Source of the DNA: Thermoanaerobaculia bacterium
GTDB taxonomy: Bacteria > Acidobacteriota > Thermoanaerobaculia > UBA5066
DNA length: 64,000 nucleotides
Direction of reading: 5' to 3'
NCBI GenBank assembly: GCA_963816185.1
Contig: CAWFJJ010000025.1
Location: 160,001-224,000, forward strand
The notes beneath the pieces are model-generated. The model was not told the origin of the DNA and did no database searches. It was given only the letters and a program-made list of their open reading frames with translations. Positions 29,912-40,647 of the stretch are shown here, piece after piece (the stretch's first letter is position 1; every line of letters starts with the position of its first letter). Both the position numbers and the translations under genes were made by a program.

Positions 29912-31366
29912 TCAGGGTTTTCGGGGGGACTCCGCGGCCACGGCGTCCCGAAAGACCTGCAGGAACGTCTGGAGATGGCGCCTTTCGGTGCGGATGTTGC
30001 CGATCGCCACGCGAAGCGTGTACCGGCCCCCGACGAGGGCGTGCGAGATGAACGCACGGCCGTCCGCGTTGATCCGGGCGAGGATCCGCGCATTCGCCGC
30101 GTCGGCGTCACGAGGCGAGAGATCCGGGGACGTCCACCGGAAGGCCACGACCGAGAAGGGCGAAGGCGCTGCGATCTCCACTCCTTTTTCGCGCTCGAGC
30201 ACGCCGCGCAGGGCGCGCGCGAGGACGAGGTGATTGCGGAGGCGGGCTCTCACGCCGGACGCCCCGAAGGCGCGCAACGTCATCCACATCTTGAGGGCGC
30301 GGAACCGGCGGCCGAGCTGCACGCCGTAGTCCATGTATTCGCGCACCGTCTGCCCCTCGGGCGTCTCGAGATAGTTCGGCACGACGGAGAAGGCGAGCCG
30401 CACGCGCTCCATCTGCCGGAAGAAAAGGCCGGTGCACTCGAGCGGCACGAGCATCCACTTGTGCGGATTGAAGATGACCGAGTCCGCACGCTCCCAGCCT
30501 GCGAAGAGAGGCCGCATCTCGGGCAGCACCGCGGCCGAGCCGGCGTACGCCGCGTCCACGTGGAGCCAGATCCGCTCGCGCTCGCAGAGGTCGGCGAGCG
30601 GGAGAAGCGGATCGACGGACGTCACGGTGGTCGTCCCGGCGGTCGCGACGACGGCGACGGGGACACGGCCGGCCGCCCTGTCTTTCGCGATCTCGGCCTC
30701 CAGGACGTTCGCGTCCATCCGGAACTCCGCGTCGACCGGGATCTTCCGCAGCCCTTCGATGCCGAGCCCGAGGACGACGCACGCCTTGTCGATCGAGGAG
30801 TGCGCGAGCTCCGAGCAGTAGACGACGCCTCGTGGGCGGCCGGCGAGGCCCGTCTTGCGGACGTCGGGAAAAGCCTCCTCGCGCGCGGCCGCGAGCGCGA
30901 TGAGCGAAGCCGTCGAGGCCGTGTCGGCGAGCTGACCGTCGAAGCCGCCGGACCCCCAGGGAAGGCCGACGAGGTCGAGCAGCCACCGCACGACACCCTG
31001 CTCGAGCTCCGTGAGGACGGGCGACGTGCGCCAGAGGATGCCGACCTGGTTGTAGCCCGCAGCGAGGAGGTCGCCCACGACCCCGGGAGCGGAACCCGTG
31101 TTCGCGAAGTACGCGAAATACCCGGGATGCTGCCAGTGCGTGAGGTTCGGCTCCACGAGGCGGTCGAGGTCGCGTTCGATCGCCTCCCACGGCTCGGGGT
31201 CTTCCGGCGCCCGGCGCGGCAGCTGTGCGAGGACCTCGCCCGGTCTCGTCCGCGCGAGAACGGGCCGCGTCTCGAGCGTCTCGAAGTAGCGCGCGAGGCG
31301 CTCCACGGCGGCGTGCCCCATCTCGCGGAACGCGTCGGGCGGAAAGTCGCCGAGCGGCTCGTCCAT
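29912..31366 (-). CDS. group II PLP-dependent decarboxylase (aromatic-L-amino-acid decarboxylase-like)
   Basis: LTHWQHPGYFAYF, SPVLTELE, AHSSIDKA, HVDAAYAG, NPHKW, PNYL, LGRRFRALK. Confidence 0.92.
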   Translation of the reverse strand: MDEPLGDFPPDAFREMGHAAVERLARYFETLETRPVLARTRPGEVLAQLPRRAPEDPEPWEAIERDLDRLVEPNLTHWQHPGYFAYFANTGSAPGVVGDLLAAGYNQVGILWRTSPVLTELEQGVVRWLLDLVGLPWGSGGFDGQLADTASTASLIALAAAREEAFPDVRKTGLAGRPRGVVYCSELAHSSIDKACVVLGLGIEGLRKIPVDAEFRMDANVLEAEIAKDRAAGRVPVAVVATAGTTTVTSVDPLLPLADLCERERIWLHVDAAYAGSAAVLPEMRPLFAGWERADSVIFNPHKWMLVPLECTGLFFRQMERVRLAFSVVPNYLETPEGQTVREYMDYGVQLGRRFRALKMWMTLRAFGASGVRARLRNHLVLARALRGVLEREKGVEIAAPSPFSVVAFRWTSPDLSPRDADAANARILARINADGRAFISHALVGGRYTLRVAIGNIRTERRHLQTFLQVFRDAVAAESPRKP

Positions 31367-31456
31367 CGGGGCGAGTCTACGGGATCAGCGCGAGGCCTCG
31401 ACGCGGACCGTCGCGGCGCCGAACGCAGCGAGGAACGTGCCGGGCTGGTCGAAAAC

Positions 31457-31753
31457 TCAGCTCTTCGGCGCGCGGATGTCCTTCGGGATCTGGAGAGGTC
31501 CGGTCTGGCGCAGGTCTTCCTTGATGATGAGGTCGAGAAACATCTCGCGCACGCCGTCCTTCCCGCGGTCTTTGAAGACGCTGCGGACCTGTCGCGGCTT
31601 GAGCTCGACGCCGGTCATCGCCTTGAGGTACTGGCAGAACACCGTGGCCCGCGACCGAAAAGAGATGACGAGGATGAGAAAGAGGATTCCCGCAAACGCG
31701 AGGAGGATCAGTCCCGTGAACCCCCGCACGTCGAAGAGGGACGACGGGTTCAT
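31457..31753 (-). CDS. small membrane-anchored hypothetical protein
   Basis: N-terminal TM helix, host-like codon usage, co-oriented with neighbours. Confidence 0.65.
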   Translation of the reverse strand: MNPSSLFDVRGFTGLILLAFAGILFLILVISFRSRATVFCQYLKAMTGVELKPRQVRSVFKDRGKDGVREMFLDLIIKEDLRQTGPLQIPKDIRAPKS

Positions 31754-31840
31754 ACGCCTTCTTGCCCGGGCCGGCTGGCAGGACGCATCGCGACGCTCTC
31801 CTTACGGGTCAGCATCCATGATACCGCGGGGGCGCGATGT

Positions 31841-32929
31841 CTACTTCCCGTACGTGATCCGGTAGATTGCTCCGGCCTGATCGTCCGAGACGAGAAGCGA
31901 GCCATCGGGCCTGACGAGAACGTCCACAGGCCGTCCCCATGCCTTCTCGCCCTGCAGCCAGCCTTGCGCGAAGGCTTCCTCGGAGACGGGCTTGCCGTCC
32001 TTCAGGCGCACGAGCGCAACGCGGTATCCGACCTTCTTCTTCCGGTTCCACGAGCCGTGCTCGGCGATGAAGATCTGCCCCTTGTATTCGGCAGGGAACA
32101 TCTTCCCCTCATAAAAGCGCATGCCGAGCGCCGCGACGTGCGGGCCCAGCTTCAGCGCGGGCGGGACGAAGTCGCGGCAGGGGAATTCCTTCCCGAACTC
32201 CGGATCGGGCACGTCGCCGCCGTGGCAATACGGGAACCCGAAGTTGAGCCCTTTGCGCGGTGCCCGGTTCAGCTCGTCGGCCGGCCTGTCGTCGCCGAGC
32301 CAGTCTCGTCCGTTGTCCGTGAACCAAAGCTCCTTCGTGCCCGGATGCCAGTCGAAACCGACCGTGTTTCGCACGCCGCGCGCAACGATCTCGAAGCGGG
32401 ACCCGTCGGCCCTGAGGCGGGTGATCGACGCGTAAGGATCGCTGCGCCGGCAGATGTTGCACGGAGCCCCGACCGGCACGTAGAGAAGCCCGTCGGGGCC
32501 GAACGCGATGAACTTCCAGCCATGGTGCGGGTCCTTCGGGAACGCGTCCGTGACGACGACGGCCGCAGGCGGATTCTCGAGCCGCTTCTCGATTCCGTCG
32601 AAGCGCAGGAGGCGCGAGATCTCCATGACGTACAGCGCGCCGTCCTTCACGGCGACGCCGTTCGGCTCGTTCAGGTTCTTCGCGACCGTGAAGACTTTCG
32701 CGGCGTGCGTCCCGTCGCCGGCGTCCACGAGGGCATAGACGGCTCCCGCGTCGCGGGTTCCGACGAACAGCGTCCCCTCGGGACCCATCGTCATCGAGCG
32801 CGCGCCGGGAACGGCGTCGCTGTAGACGGAGATCCTGAAGAGAGGCGGCAGCTTGATCGTGTCGAGGCGGATCTCGGCCTCCGCGTTCAACGCGAAGGCG
32901 AGAAAGACGAAAAGCCCGCTCCATCTCAT
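31841..32929 (-). CDS. PQQ-dependent sugar/sorbosone dehydrogenase family beta-propeller
   Basis: Signal peptide, HHGWKFIAFGPDG, GVRNTVGFDW, DNGRD, HGSWNR, GRPVDV. Confidence 0.9.
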   Translation of the reverse strand: MRWSGLFVFLAFALNAEAEIRLDTIKLPPLFRISVYSDAVPGARSMTMGPEGTLFVGTRDAGAVYALVDAGDGTHAAKVFTVAKNLNEPNGVAVKDGALYVMEISRLLRFDGIEKRLENPPAAVVVTDAFPKDPHHGWKFIAFGPDGLLYVPVGAPCNICRRSDPYASITRLRADGSRFEIVARGVRNTVGFDWHPGTKELWFTDNGRDWLGDDRPADELNRAPRKGLNFGFPYCHGGDVPDPEFGKEFPCRDFVPPALKLGPHVAALGMRFYEGKMFPAEYKGQIFIAEHGSWNRKKKVGYRVALVRLKDGKPVSEEAFAQGWLQGEKAWGRPVDVLVRPDGSLLVSDDQAGAIYRITYGK

Positions 32930-32943
32930 CGTGGCGTGAGGCC

Positions 32944-34161
32944 TCAACGCGTCGGGTCCGTGACGCGCCCCAGGAAGAGGATCGCTCCTGTCGCGTCGTC
33001 ACGGATGAGGAACAGGAAGGGGTGGTCAGCCCGGAAGACGGGCTTCGACGGAGCGATCGAGGCCGGCACCATCACGACTCCCGTGGCTGCGGCGGCCTCC
33101 GTCCCTTCCTCGTTCACGTCGACGAAGGCTTTGTGGAATCCCTCGTCGATGAACAAGCCTCCCGGGGCGCTGCTCAGAGCTCCGAAGTCGGCTCGCCGCG
33201 GGTCGAACGCGTCGGTCATACCCATCGGGACGAGCACCTTCTTCAGCGTGAACCCGGCTTCCATCCGGAAGCGAGGCAGGAAGACTTCGACTGCCTGGAA
33301 AGCGCGGCCGGCCGACGAGATCCACTCCGTCAGGCGGCTTGCCGTGAGAGAGTCTTCGAGCGCGAGGAGCCCGTCGCTCTTCCTCGGCAGCAGAACGACG
33401 AGCGAAAGGTCATCTCCCTCGTACGGCAGCTCCAGAACCTGTGCTTCTTCCACCTCGAGATATCCCGCCTTCGGCGATCCGTGCATGAGAGGAACGGACG
33501 GGCGCTTGCCGTCCGCCGCGAGAAACGGGGCGTCGTGCGTCCCTTTCTTCTCGAACGGGACTTTCCATTTGCCCTTGAAATAGATCGCGTTCGCGAGGGT
33601 GAGACGGGTGCCGGAAGTCACCGAGCCCTTCGGGAGGAGGTCCTTGATCTTGTCCCGCGTCTTTCGCTCGACCCACCGGTTGATGACCCGGCGCGCCTCT
33701 TCCGGGGACTTCCGGTAGTCGACAGGCGTCGGCGCGGCGCCGTAGAAGTCCTTCAGGATCGTTTGGGCCCGCGGCAAGAGCGGCTCACCCGTCTGGGGCC
33801 AGAGCGAGTTCGCGATCGCGAGCTCGACCTTGCCTCCTGCCTGAACCACTGCGACGCGGCGGTCGAGATCGCGGAATCCCGACGGAACCTGGTCCGCCGC
33901 GGGGAAGTGAAGCGTCTTCGCCATTTGACGAGCCGTCTCCCCGCGCGCGCCGGCGTAGGCCATCGCGAACGCCTCAGAGATGCTGAACGGAGAGAAGAAG
34001 ACGTTCGGGCCTTCGCCGCGGACGCGCCGGTACAGCTCCAGCGCGAACTCGGTGCTTCCGGGAACGAGAGGGTTCCTTTCCGCCCGAGGCGGCGCGGTCC
34101 GGGCGGGTTGTGCGAGAAGAAGCGAGGTCAGGGCGAGCGCGACGCCGCGAGTCATCGCCAT
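32944..34161 (-). CDS. secreted serpin (serine protease inhibitor)
   Basis: [35 protein letters not shown] hinge, [19 protein letters not shown]. Confidence 0.95.
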   Translation of the reverse strand: MAMTRGVALALTSLLLAQPARTAPPRAERNPLVPGSTEFALELYRRVRGEGPNVFFSPFSISEAFAMAYAGARGETARQMAKTLHFPAADQVPSGFRDLDRRVAVVQAGGKVELAIANSLWPQTGEPLLPRAQTILKDFYGAAPTPVDYRKSPEEARRVINRWVERKTRDKIKDLLPKGSVTSGTRLTLANAIYFKGKWKVPFEKKGTHDAPFLAADGKRPSVPLMHGSPKAGYLEVEEAQVLELPYEGDDLSLVVLLPRKSDGLLALEDSLTASRLTEWISSAGRAFQAVEVFLPRFRMEAGFTLKKVLVPMGMTDAFDPRRADFGALSSAPGGLFIDEGFHKAFVDVNEEGTEAAAATGVVMVPASIAPSKPVFRADHPFLFLIRDDATGAILFLGRVTDPTR

Positions 34162-37100
34162 CACGCCACGCGCAGCTGCTGCCGCATCGCCGGGGCAACC
34201 CTCTCCTCGGGCGTGAGGATTCCCTGGAAGTTCAGGGGATCGGCCGCCGAGACGAGGACGGGCGGAAGGTCCCCGCCCTGATTCATGCGTTTTCGGACGG
34301 CTCTGAGCAGCGCGACGGCTTCGGGCAGCGCGTACTGTTCGCCGTCGAATCCGGCGACGAAGCGTCCGCCGCGCACCTCGCCGCGAGCTTCCAGCGTGCG
34401 CAGGAAACGCGCGACGTCGCGGAAGGGGACCGGCTGCTTCTCTCTCGCGAGCGTCTTGCGGAAGACGACGCCGGTGCGCTGAAGGAGGCGGCGGGCCACG
34501 AACTCGGCCGACGGGGGAGACGGCGCCTCGCGCGAGAGGAGGCTCCAGCGGCCGGTCGAAAGGACGGCGGTTTTTCTTTTCGACGCGGGGACGATCAGCC
34601 ACCTCAGGCCGCCGAACGAGTCGCACGTCGCGCGCCCGAGGGCGATCAGCTCGCTCAGGCCCTCCTCGACGAACGTCGGCGGCAGCTTCGTGGCGCGCGC
34701 GAGCTCCTGGAAGAACATCGCGCCTTTCCGGAGGAGCGCTTCCTGGACCTCCAGCGCCTTTCCGGAGGGCTCTCGCACAGGCATCTGCGCGGCGAGCGCG
34801 GACCACTCGTCCAGATCGCGCCGCTCGACGAGGCAGATCGGCGTGCGCCGCGTCGGACCCGGGGCGGCGCCCCAGAGCCGGCCCCACACGATCTCGCCCG
34901 AGAGCGTGAGCTGGTCCAGCCACTCGCGCTTGTAGGAGCGCACGCGTGCCGGAAGGACGCTGGCTTCCCATGCGGCGGCGGGGATCTCGAATCCGGCGAG
35001 CTGCGAGACGACCTGCCCGACGCCGCGCGGGCCGTCCAGGCGATGCTCGGGATCCGCGTGCTGCCAGCACGCGAGAAAGCGCAGGAACTGCGCGGCCGTG
35101 ACCGGCTCGATCTCCTTGCGCAGGCGGTCGATCGTGTAGCGGTGGATCCGGGCGAGGAGGCGCCGGTCGCACCAGCCCGCGCGTCCCGCGATGCGCGTGC
35201 GGAGGACGGCGCCCTCGGCCTCGAGCTGACGGAGCAGCGACTCGTCGGCGTCTTCGGCGAAGATCGGTCCGAGCGCTTCCAAGCGGCCCTTGAGCACCGT
35301 CTTCGGGTCGCGTGAGGCTTCCGCCGCGAACCAGCGGCCGTCCTCGAGCGTGACGCGGCCCGCCGCGGCGAGCTCGTCGAGCCATGCCTGCCACGGGCGG
35401 CCCTCCCCGGCTGTGACGTACCCGATCCAGAGGAGCGCCTCGTGAACCTCCTCCGCGTTCGAGGGCTGCGGCCACGCTTCTTCCTTGACGCGGTCGATCG
35501 CCTCGGGGTCGAGGATGCCGATCTCGTCCGCGGAGCGCGCGTCGAGGACGCGACGCGAGAAAACCGCCTGTGTGCGCCGCTCCTCGAGGGGTGCGTCGTC
35601 GAGGAACGTGTAGGGCTGCGAAGAGAGGATGCCCCGCGCAAACGCCGACGGTTCCACCGTGTCCACGGCGCGCCGCTCGATCGTCCCGTCCTTCAGGCCC
35701 CGCAGGACTTCCAGCAAGCCGTCGACGTCCATCGCCTCCGTGAGGCAATCCTCGATCGTCTGCGCCACGATCGGATGGTCCATCGGGATCTCGATCGGGC
35801 CGCCGGGCAGCGTCTCGGGACACGCGATGACCTGCGGGAACGCCGTGACGAGGAGGTCGTTCGCGCGCATCCGCTGCAGGTTCGCCGGCACCCTCTTGCC
35901 GTTCCGGGTGCGGTCGAGGAGCAGCGCGCGCTGCGCGTTCCACCGCCAGCGCGTCTCGAAGAGAGGCGACGCGAGGACGGCCTGGATGAGGACGTCGCTT
36001 CGCGGTGGCGGGATTCAGGTAGTCGAAGACCTCCGGGAGCTCGAAGCTGTGCTGCGGGCCGAGCGAAAGGACGATCGCCTCCTCGTTCGCAGCGGCCTGG
36101 AGCTCGAAGCCGAAGCCGACGCAGAAGCGCTTCCGGAGCGCAAGGCCCCACGCCTTGTTGATCTTCGAGCCGAACGGCGCATGGACGACGAGCTGCATGC
36201 CGCCGCTCTCGTCGAAGAAGCGCTCGAGGATGACGCGTTTCTGCGTCGGGACGGCTCCGAGGGCCTGCCTTCCGGCTTCGACATACTCGGCGATTTGGAC
36301 GGCGGCGCCTTCGGGCAAGGCGTCGCCGCATTCGAGACGGAGGAAGGAAGATTCTTGAGAAAGAGGAAGAAGAGATTTCTTAGAAAGGGAAGAGGGGGAG
36401 AGCGAGGGGGAGTCGGCGTGCCCCTCGACGCCGCGAGCACTGTCTGAGCGAAGCGAGTTTGCGAGCGAAGGAGAGGGGCATGCCGGCTCCTCCGAGCCCG
36501 CCTCTGTCTCTGCCTCGGCTACTCTTTCTCTAAGAATTCCGATCTCTTCCGCGAGCTCGCGTGTCCGGCCGGGCGCCTCGCCGAGCCAGAAGGGAAGCGA
36601 CGGAGGCTGGCCCTTCGCGTCCGCGACGCGGACGATGCCAGGCTCGATCCTCAGGACTCGCCACGAGGCGTTGCCGAGCTGGAAGATGTCGCCGCCGTTC
36701 GACTCGACGGCCCAGTCCTCGTTCACCGTGCCGACGAGCGTTCCCTCCGGCTCCAGCCGGACCTGGTAATCGGCCGTGTCGGGAATCGCGCCTCCGGACA
36801 TGAGCGCCGTGAGACGGGAGCGCTTCGTCCCCATGAGGCGGCCGTTCACGCCGTCGCGGTGCAGCAGCGCGCGCCGGCCTTCCGTGTGGAGGGCGACGAC
36901 GCGGTCGAACTCCTCGCGCGAGAGCTCCCGATACGGCCAGGCCTTCCTCACGAGGTCGAAGAGAGCGCGTTCCTCCCAGGCTTCGCCGGAAGAGGCCGCG
37001 ACGATCTGCTGCGCGAGGATGTCGAGCGGGCGCGGCGGCATCGGCGTCCGGTCGAGGACGGAACGGCGGATCGACGAGAGGAGGGCCGCCCCTTCGACGA

Positions 37101-38223
37101 GCTCGTCGAGCGTGAGAGGGAAGAGCCGTCCCTTCGGGATCTTCCTCAGGACGTGCCCGGCGCGGCCGACGCGCTGGAGAAACGTCGCGATCGATCGCGT
37201 CGCGCCGACCTGGATCGCAAGGTCCACGTCGCCGACGTCGATCCCGAGCTCCAGAGACGCCGTCGCGACGAGCGCGCGCAGGCTGCCCGCCTTCAGACGC
37301 TGCTCGGCGTCGAGGCGCCGCGCTTTCGAGAGGCTGCCGTGGTGGCTCGTGACGGCATCCTCGCCGAGGAGGCGAGTGAGCTGCGCCGAGATGCGCTCGG
37401 CCATCTTGCGCGTGTTCACGAAGACGAGCGTCGTCCGGTGCTCGCGCACGAGCTCTCCGATCCGCGCGTAGATCTCCTGCCACTGCTCGTGCGAGCAGAC
37501 GGTCGCGAGCGGAGACGGCGGGATCTCGATGCCGAGATCCAGCGTCCGGAACGTGCCTGAGTCGACGAGCGTGCAGGCGCGCCCTTCGCCGACGAGGAAC
37601 CGGCCGACCTCGTCGAGCGGCTTCTGTGTGGCCGAGAGGCCGACGCGCTGAAGGGGCCGGCCGGCGAGGTGCTCGAGACGTTCGAGCGAGAGCGCGAGAT
37701 GGCTGCCTCTCTTGTCGCGGATGAGCGCGTGGATCTCGTCGACGATGACCGTCGAAACCGTACGCAGCACTTTCCGGCCGCCCTCGCTCGTCAGGAGGAG
37801 ATAGAGCGACTCCGGCGTCGTCACGAGGATGTGCGGCGGCCGGCGGGTCATCGCCGTGCGTTCGGCGGAGGGCGTGTCGCCCGTCCGGACGAGAACGCGG
37901 ACTTCCGGAACAGCCGGGTCGAGCGCGCGGATCTCGGCGAGCGGCCCCTGGAGGTTCTTCTGGACGTCGTTCGAGAGCGCGCGCAGCGGCGAGACGTAGA
38001 GGATCTGCGTCTCGTCCTTCAGCGCGGACCCCTGGCGGATCAAGGCGTCGATCGCCGAGAGGAAGGCCGCGAGAGTCTTTCCCGAGCCGGTCGGAGCCGC
38101 GATGAGCGTGCTCCGGCCCTCGCGGATCGCCGGCCAGCCGTCGCGCTGCGGCGGTGTGGGCTCGCCGAGGCGGTCCTGGAACCACTTCTGGACGGCAGGA
38201 TGGAAGGGGGCGAGGAGAGACAT
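34161..38223 (-). CDS. lhr: Lhr-family DEAD/DEAH helicase (frameshift near 35997)
   Basis: [37 protein letters not shown]; the C-terminal part continues in ORF 34161..35891 ([24 protein letters not shown]). Confidence 0.92.
36377..36385 (+). repeat. dispersed TTCTTAGAA motif copy (inside lhr); inverted near copy at 36528-36536
   Basis: GAAGAAGAGAT-TTCTTAGAA-AGGGAAG; the reverse complement at 36528 reads GGAA-TTCTTAGAG-AAAG. Confidence 0.8.
36406..36493. repeat. 21-bp-stem palindromic element embedded in-frame in lhr
   Basis: GGGGGAGTCGGCGTGCCCCTC (36406-36426) pairs with GAGGGGCATGCCGGCTCCTCC (36473-36493), with three G-T pairs. Confidence 0.75.
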
Positions 38224-38308
38224 CGAGACGGGATCTTAACGAGAGTCTCGGCCATCTCATTCCCGCCTCTTGCGAGTCGCCCGCCTCTGCGGGGAAGGAG
38301 AGAAATGC

Positions 38309-38357
38309 GGGGTGGGTCGGCGGGAGGCTCGTTGGGGCTGTTCCGCCGACCCACTCC
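38309..38357. repeat. intergenic 17-bp-stem hairpin (REP-like)
   Basis: GGGGTGGGTCGGCGGGA / TTCCGCCGACCCACTCC with two G-T pairs. Confidence 0.65.
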
Positions 38358-38409
38358 GACGAAGAGGGTCGTGACTTCGGTTTGCTCTACCCCTGCGGGT
38401 AGGACTTTC

Positions 38410-38769
38410 TTAGTAAGACTTCCTCTTCGTCTCCTTCGTCGTCGTGATCGTGATGGTCTTGACGACCGGCGCGCCCGAGACCGTTGTGGTATTGATCGTT
38501 ACGGTCTTGCCGACCTCGATCGTCTTCGGCACGTTCGACGACTCATTGATCGTGTAGGTGACCTGATCGCCGTTGGGCTTCGTGATCGTGATGGAGCGGC
38601 CCGCCTCGAAGGACTGGACCGTTCCAGTAATCGTGATGGACTTCACGTCCCCGGACTCGTTCATCGTGACCTGCTGCCGGGAGGGCTGCTGCGAGGGCTG
38701 TTCCTGGGCAAAGGCCGCCAGCGGCAGGGCGGCGATGGCGCCAACCAGCAGAATCGACTTGACCTTCAT
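38410..38769 (-). CDS. small secreted Thr-rich beta-strand protein
   Basis: Signal peptide (AFA|Q), ITGTVQSFEAGRSITI (OB-fold-like), GGAG RBS. Confidence 0.8.
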   Translation of the reverse strand: MKVKSILLVGAIAALPLAAFAQEQPSQQPSRQQVTMNESGDVKSITITGTVQSFEAGRSITITKPNGDQVTYTINESSNVPKTIEVGKTVTINTTTVSGAPVVKTITITTTKETKRKSY

Positions 38770-38897
38770 GGCTTTGTTGTCTCCTTCCGGGTTTTACAAG
38801 AGCAACTTGTGCCCGCTCTTTCAACCCTCTCGAGAGGGTGCAATCACCGTGCCCCGGGCCCCAAAGGGTTGTTATCGTCGCCATAGGCGGAGGAGGC

Positions 38898-39440
38898 ATG
38901 AATTTCGATCTCGATTTGTCGATCGGCGTGCTCGAGCGCACCTCCGGCGCGCTGAAGGCTCTTCTCGGCGGCCTCGCCGAGCCGTGGGTGCGGGGTACGG
39001 AAGGTCCCGACACTTTCAGCGCGTTCGACGTGGTGGGGCATCTCATCGACGGAGAGGAGACGGACTGGATCGTGCGCGCCCGGATCATTCTTGCGAGGGG
39101 AGAGAATCCGCGCTTCGAACCGTTCGACCGGTTTCGCCACCGTACGCGAAACGCGGGACGGTCGCTCGCTTCGCTGCTCGATGAGCTCGAGGGGTTGAGG
39201 GCCGCGAACCTGACGCTGCTTCGATCCTGGCGGCTTTCGGCTTCGGATCTCGATCTGCCCGGCATGCACCCGAGCCTGGGTGGCGTCACTCTTCGGGAGC
39301 TGCTCGCCGCGTGGGTCGTCCACGACCTCGAGCACATCGCGCAGATCTCCCGCGTGATAGCGAAGCAATATGGAGACCAGGTCGGCCCGTGGGTGCCGTT
39401 CCTGCCTGTCCTCACGGATCACCCCGTGCCGCGGTCGTAG
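38898..39440 (+). CDS. DinB family protein
   Basis: DVVGHLIDGEETDW, WVVHDLEHIAQI; AGGAGG RBS. Confidence 0.9.
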   Translation: MNFDLDLSIGVLERTSGALKALLGGLAEPWVRGTEGPDTFSAFDVVGHLIDGEETDWIVRARIILARGENPRFEPFDRFRHRTRNAGRSLASLLDELEGLRAANLTLLRSWRLSASDLDLPGMHPSLGGVTLRELLAAWVVHDLEHIAQISRVIAKQYGDQVGPWVPFLPVLTDHPVPRS

Positions 39441-39457
39441 GCCGGAATCCCTCCCGC

Positions 39458-40117
39458 ATGCTCACCGACGACATTCCTCCGGCCCGGCTCCCACGCCCGC
39501 TCGACCCGGTGGAGGTCCGCATTCTCGGGGCGCTCCTCGAGAAACAGCAGGCGACACCGGAGTACTACCCGCTCACCCTCAACGCGCTCGTCGCGGCATG
39601 CAACCAGAAGTCGAACCGCGACCCGGTCACGGAGCTTTCCGCGGGCGAGGTCGAGTCCGCGCTCGACAGCCTCCGCAAGCTCGTCTTCGTCTGGAAGGCG
39701 GGCGGGTCGCGCGTCGAGAGATGGGAGCAGAACGTCGAGCGTGCATGGCGCCTCGACGCCGCGACGAAGGCGGTGATGACGCTTCTCCTCCTGCGCGGGG
39801 CGCAGACGCCGGGCGAGCTGCGCGCGCGGAGCGAACGGCTGCACCCGTTCGCAATGCTCGGCGAGGTCGAGTCCGCGCTCGCGAAGCTCGCGGACGGCCC
39901 GGACCCGCTCGTCGGCGAGCTGCCCCGCGCCCCCGGTCAGAAGGAAGCGCGCTGGGCGCATCTCGCGGGCGGCCCCGTGAAGGACGTCGTACCCGCTTCA
40001 AGCCCGCACGTCGAAAGGTCCGACCCTCTCGCATCCCGCGTCGCTCTGCTCGAAGAACAGGTGGCGGCGCTGTCTCGCGAGCTCTCGGACCTGAAGAGAA
40101 GGCTCGGAGAACGCTGA
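39458..40117 (+). CDS. yceH: YceH/DUF480 family protein
   Basis: RILGALLEKQQATPEYYPLTLNALVAACNQKSNRDPV, LLLRGAQTPGELR. Confidence 0.92.
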   Translation: MLTDDIPPARLPRPLDPVEVRILGALLEKQQATPEYYPLTLNALVAACNQKSNRDPVTELSAGEVESALDSLRKLVFVWKAGGSRVERWEQNVERAWRLDAATKAVMTLLLLRGAQTPGELRARSERLHPFAMLGEVESALAKLADGPDPLVGELPRAPGQKEARWAHLAGGPVKDVVPASSPHVERSDPLASRVALLEEQVAALSRELSDLKRRLGER

Positions 40118-40128
40118 CTCTGCGGGTT

Positions 40129-40518
40129 TCACCGTACGTCGGAGCCGTTCTCGACCTCGAGCTCGTTGTAGATCATGGCGACGCCCTTGACGGAGCTCAC
40201 GAGCTTGCCGGCGGCCGAACGATCGGCTTCGTTGGCCACCCGGCCCGACAGTCTGACGAGGCCCTTCGCTGGATTGACTTCCACCTTCGCAACCCTCGAA
40301 AAGCGGGCGTCCCTCTCGAGTTTCGCTTTCACCGCGATCTCCATGTCGGCGCCATCCCTCTTCGGACCGAGGGATTGCGTCGTTTCCTTCGAAAAAGAAG
40401 CCAGGAACCTGCGGTCGTGCGATGCGACGCGCGTCTTCAGCATCGGCTGCGACGAAGCACGTGGAGCGACCAGGGCGGCGAGGGTGAACATCATGGCGGC
40501 GATGGCGGCGCGTGACAC
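40129..40518 (-). CDS. BON domain protein
   Basis: DMEIAVKAKL..VEV..GLVRLSGRV..VKGV..IYNEL; GTG start with AGGAGG RBS and signal peptide. Confidence 0.82.
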   Translation of the reverse strand: MSRAAIAAMMFTLAALVAPRASSQPMLKTRVASHDRRFLASFSKETTQSLGPKRDGADMEIAVKAKLERDARFSRVAKVEVNPAKGLVRLSGRVANEADRSAAGKLVSSVKGVAMIYNELEVENGSDVR

Positions 40519-40647
40519 GGGACCCCTCCTTGCGTTTCCCGGGAAGGAAATCCTTCCCTTCGTCACACAACGCAATGCGGGTGCCAGTGGACGGCTCGAC
40601 CGGCTTGAAAGCGTTCCGTCAGCCGAGGCAGTTCGGAGGCCGCGTTG

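Noticed and set aside
29852-33583. 1243-aa plus-strand ORF and similar antisense ORFs (53551..56259, 23209..25656, 61065..63269)
   Set aside because: Antisense shadows of well-supported genes, with no recognisable motifs.
32944-38223. Apparent 1759-aa helicase-serpin fusion
   Set aside because: Caused by a frameshift near 35997. The real Lhr C-terminus is in another frame ending at 34161, and the serpin has its own signal peptide.
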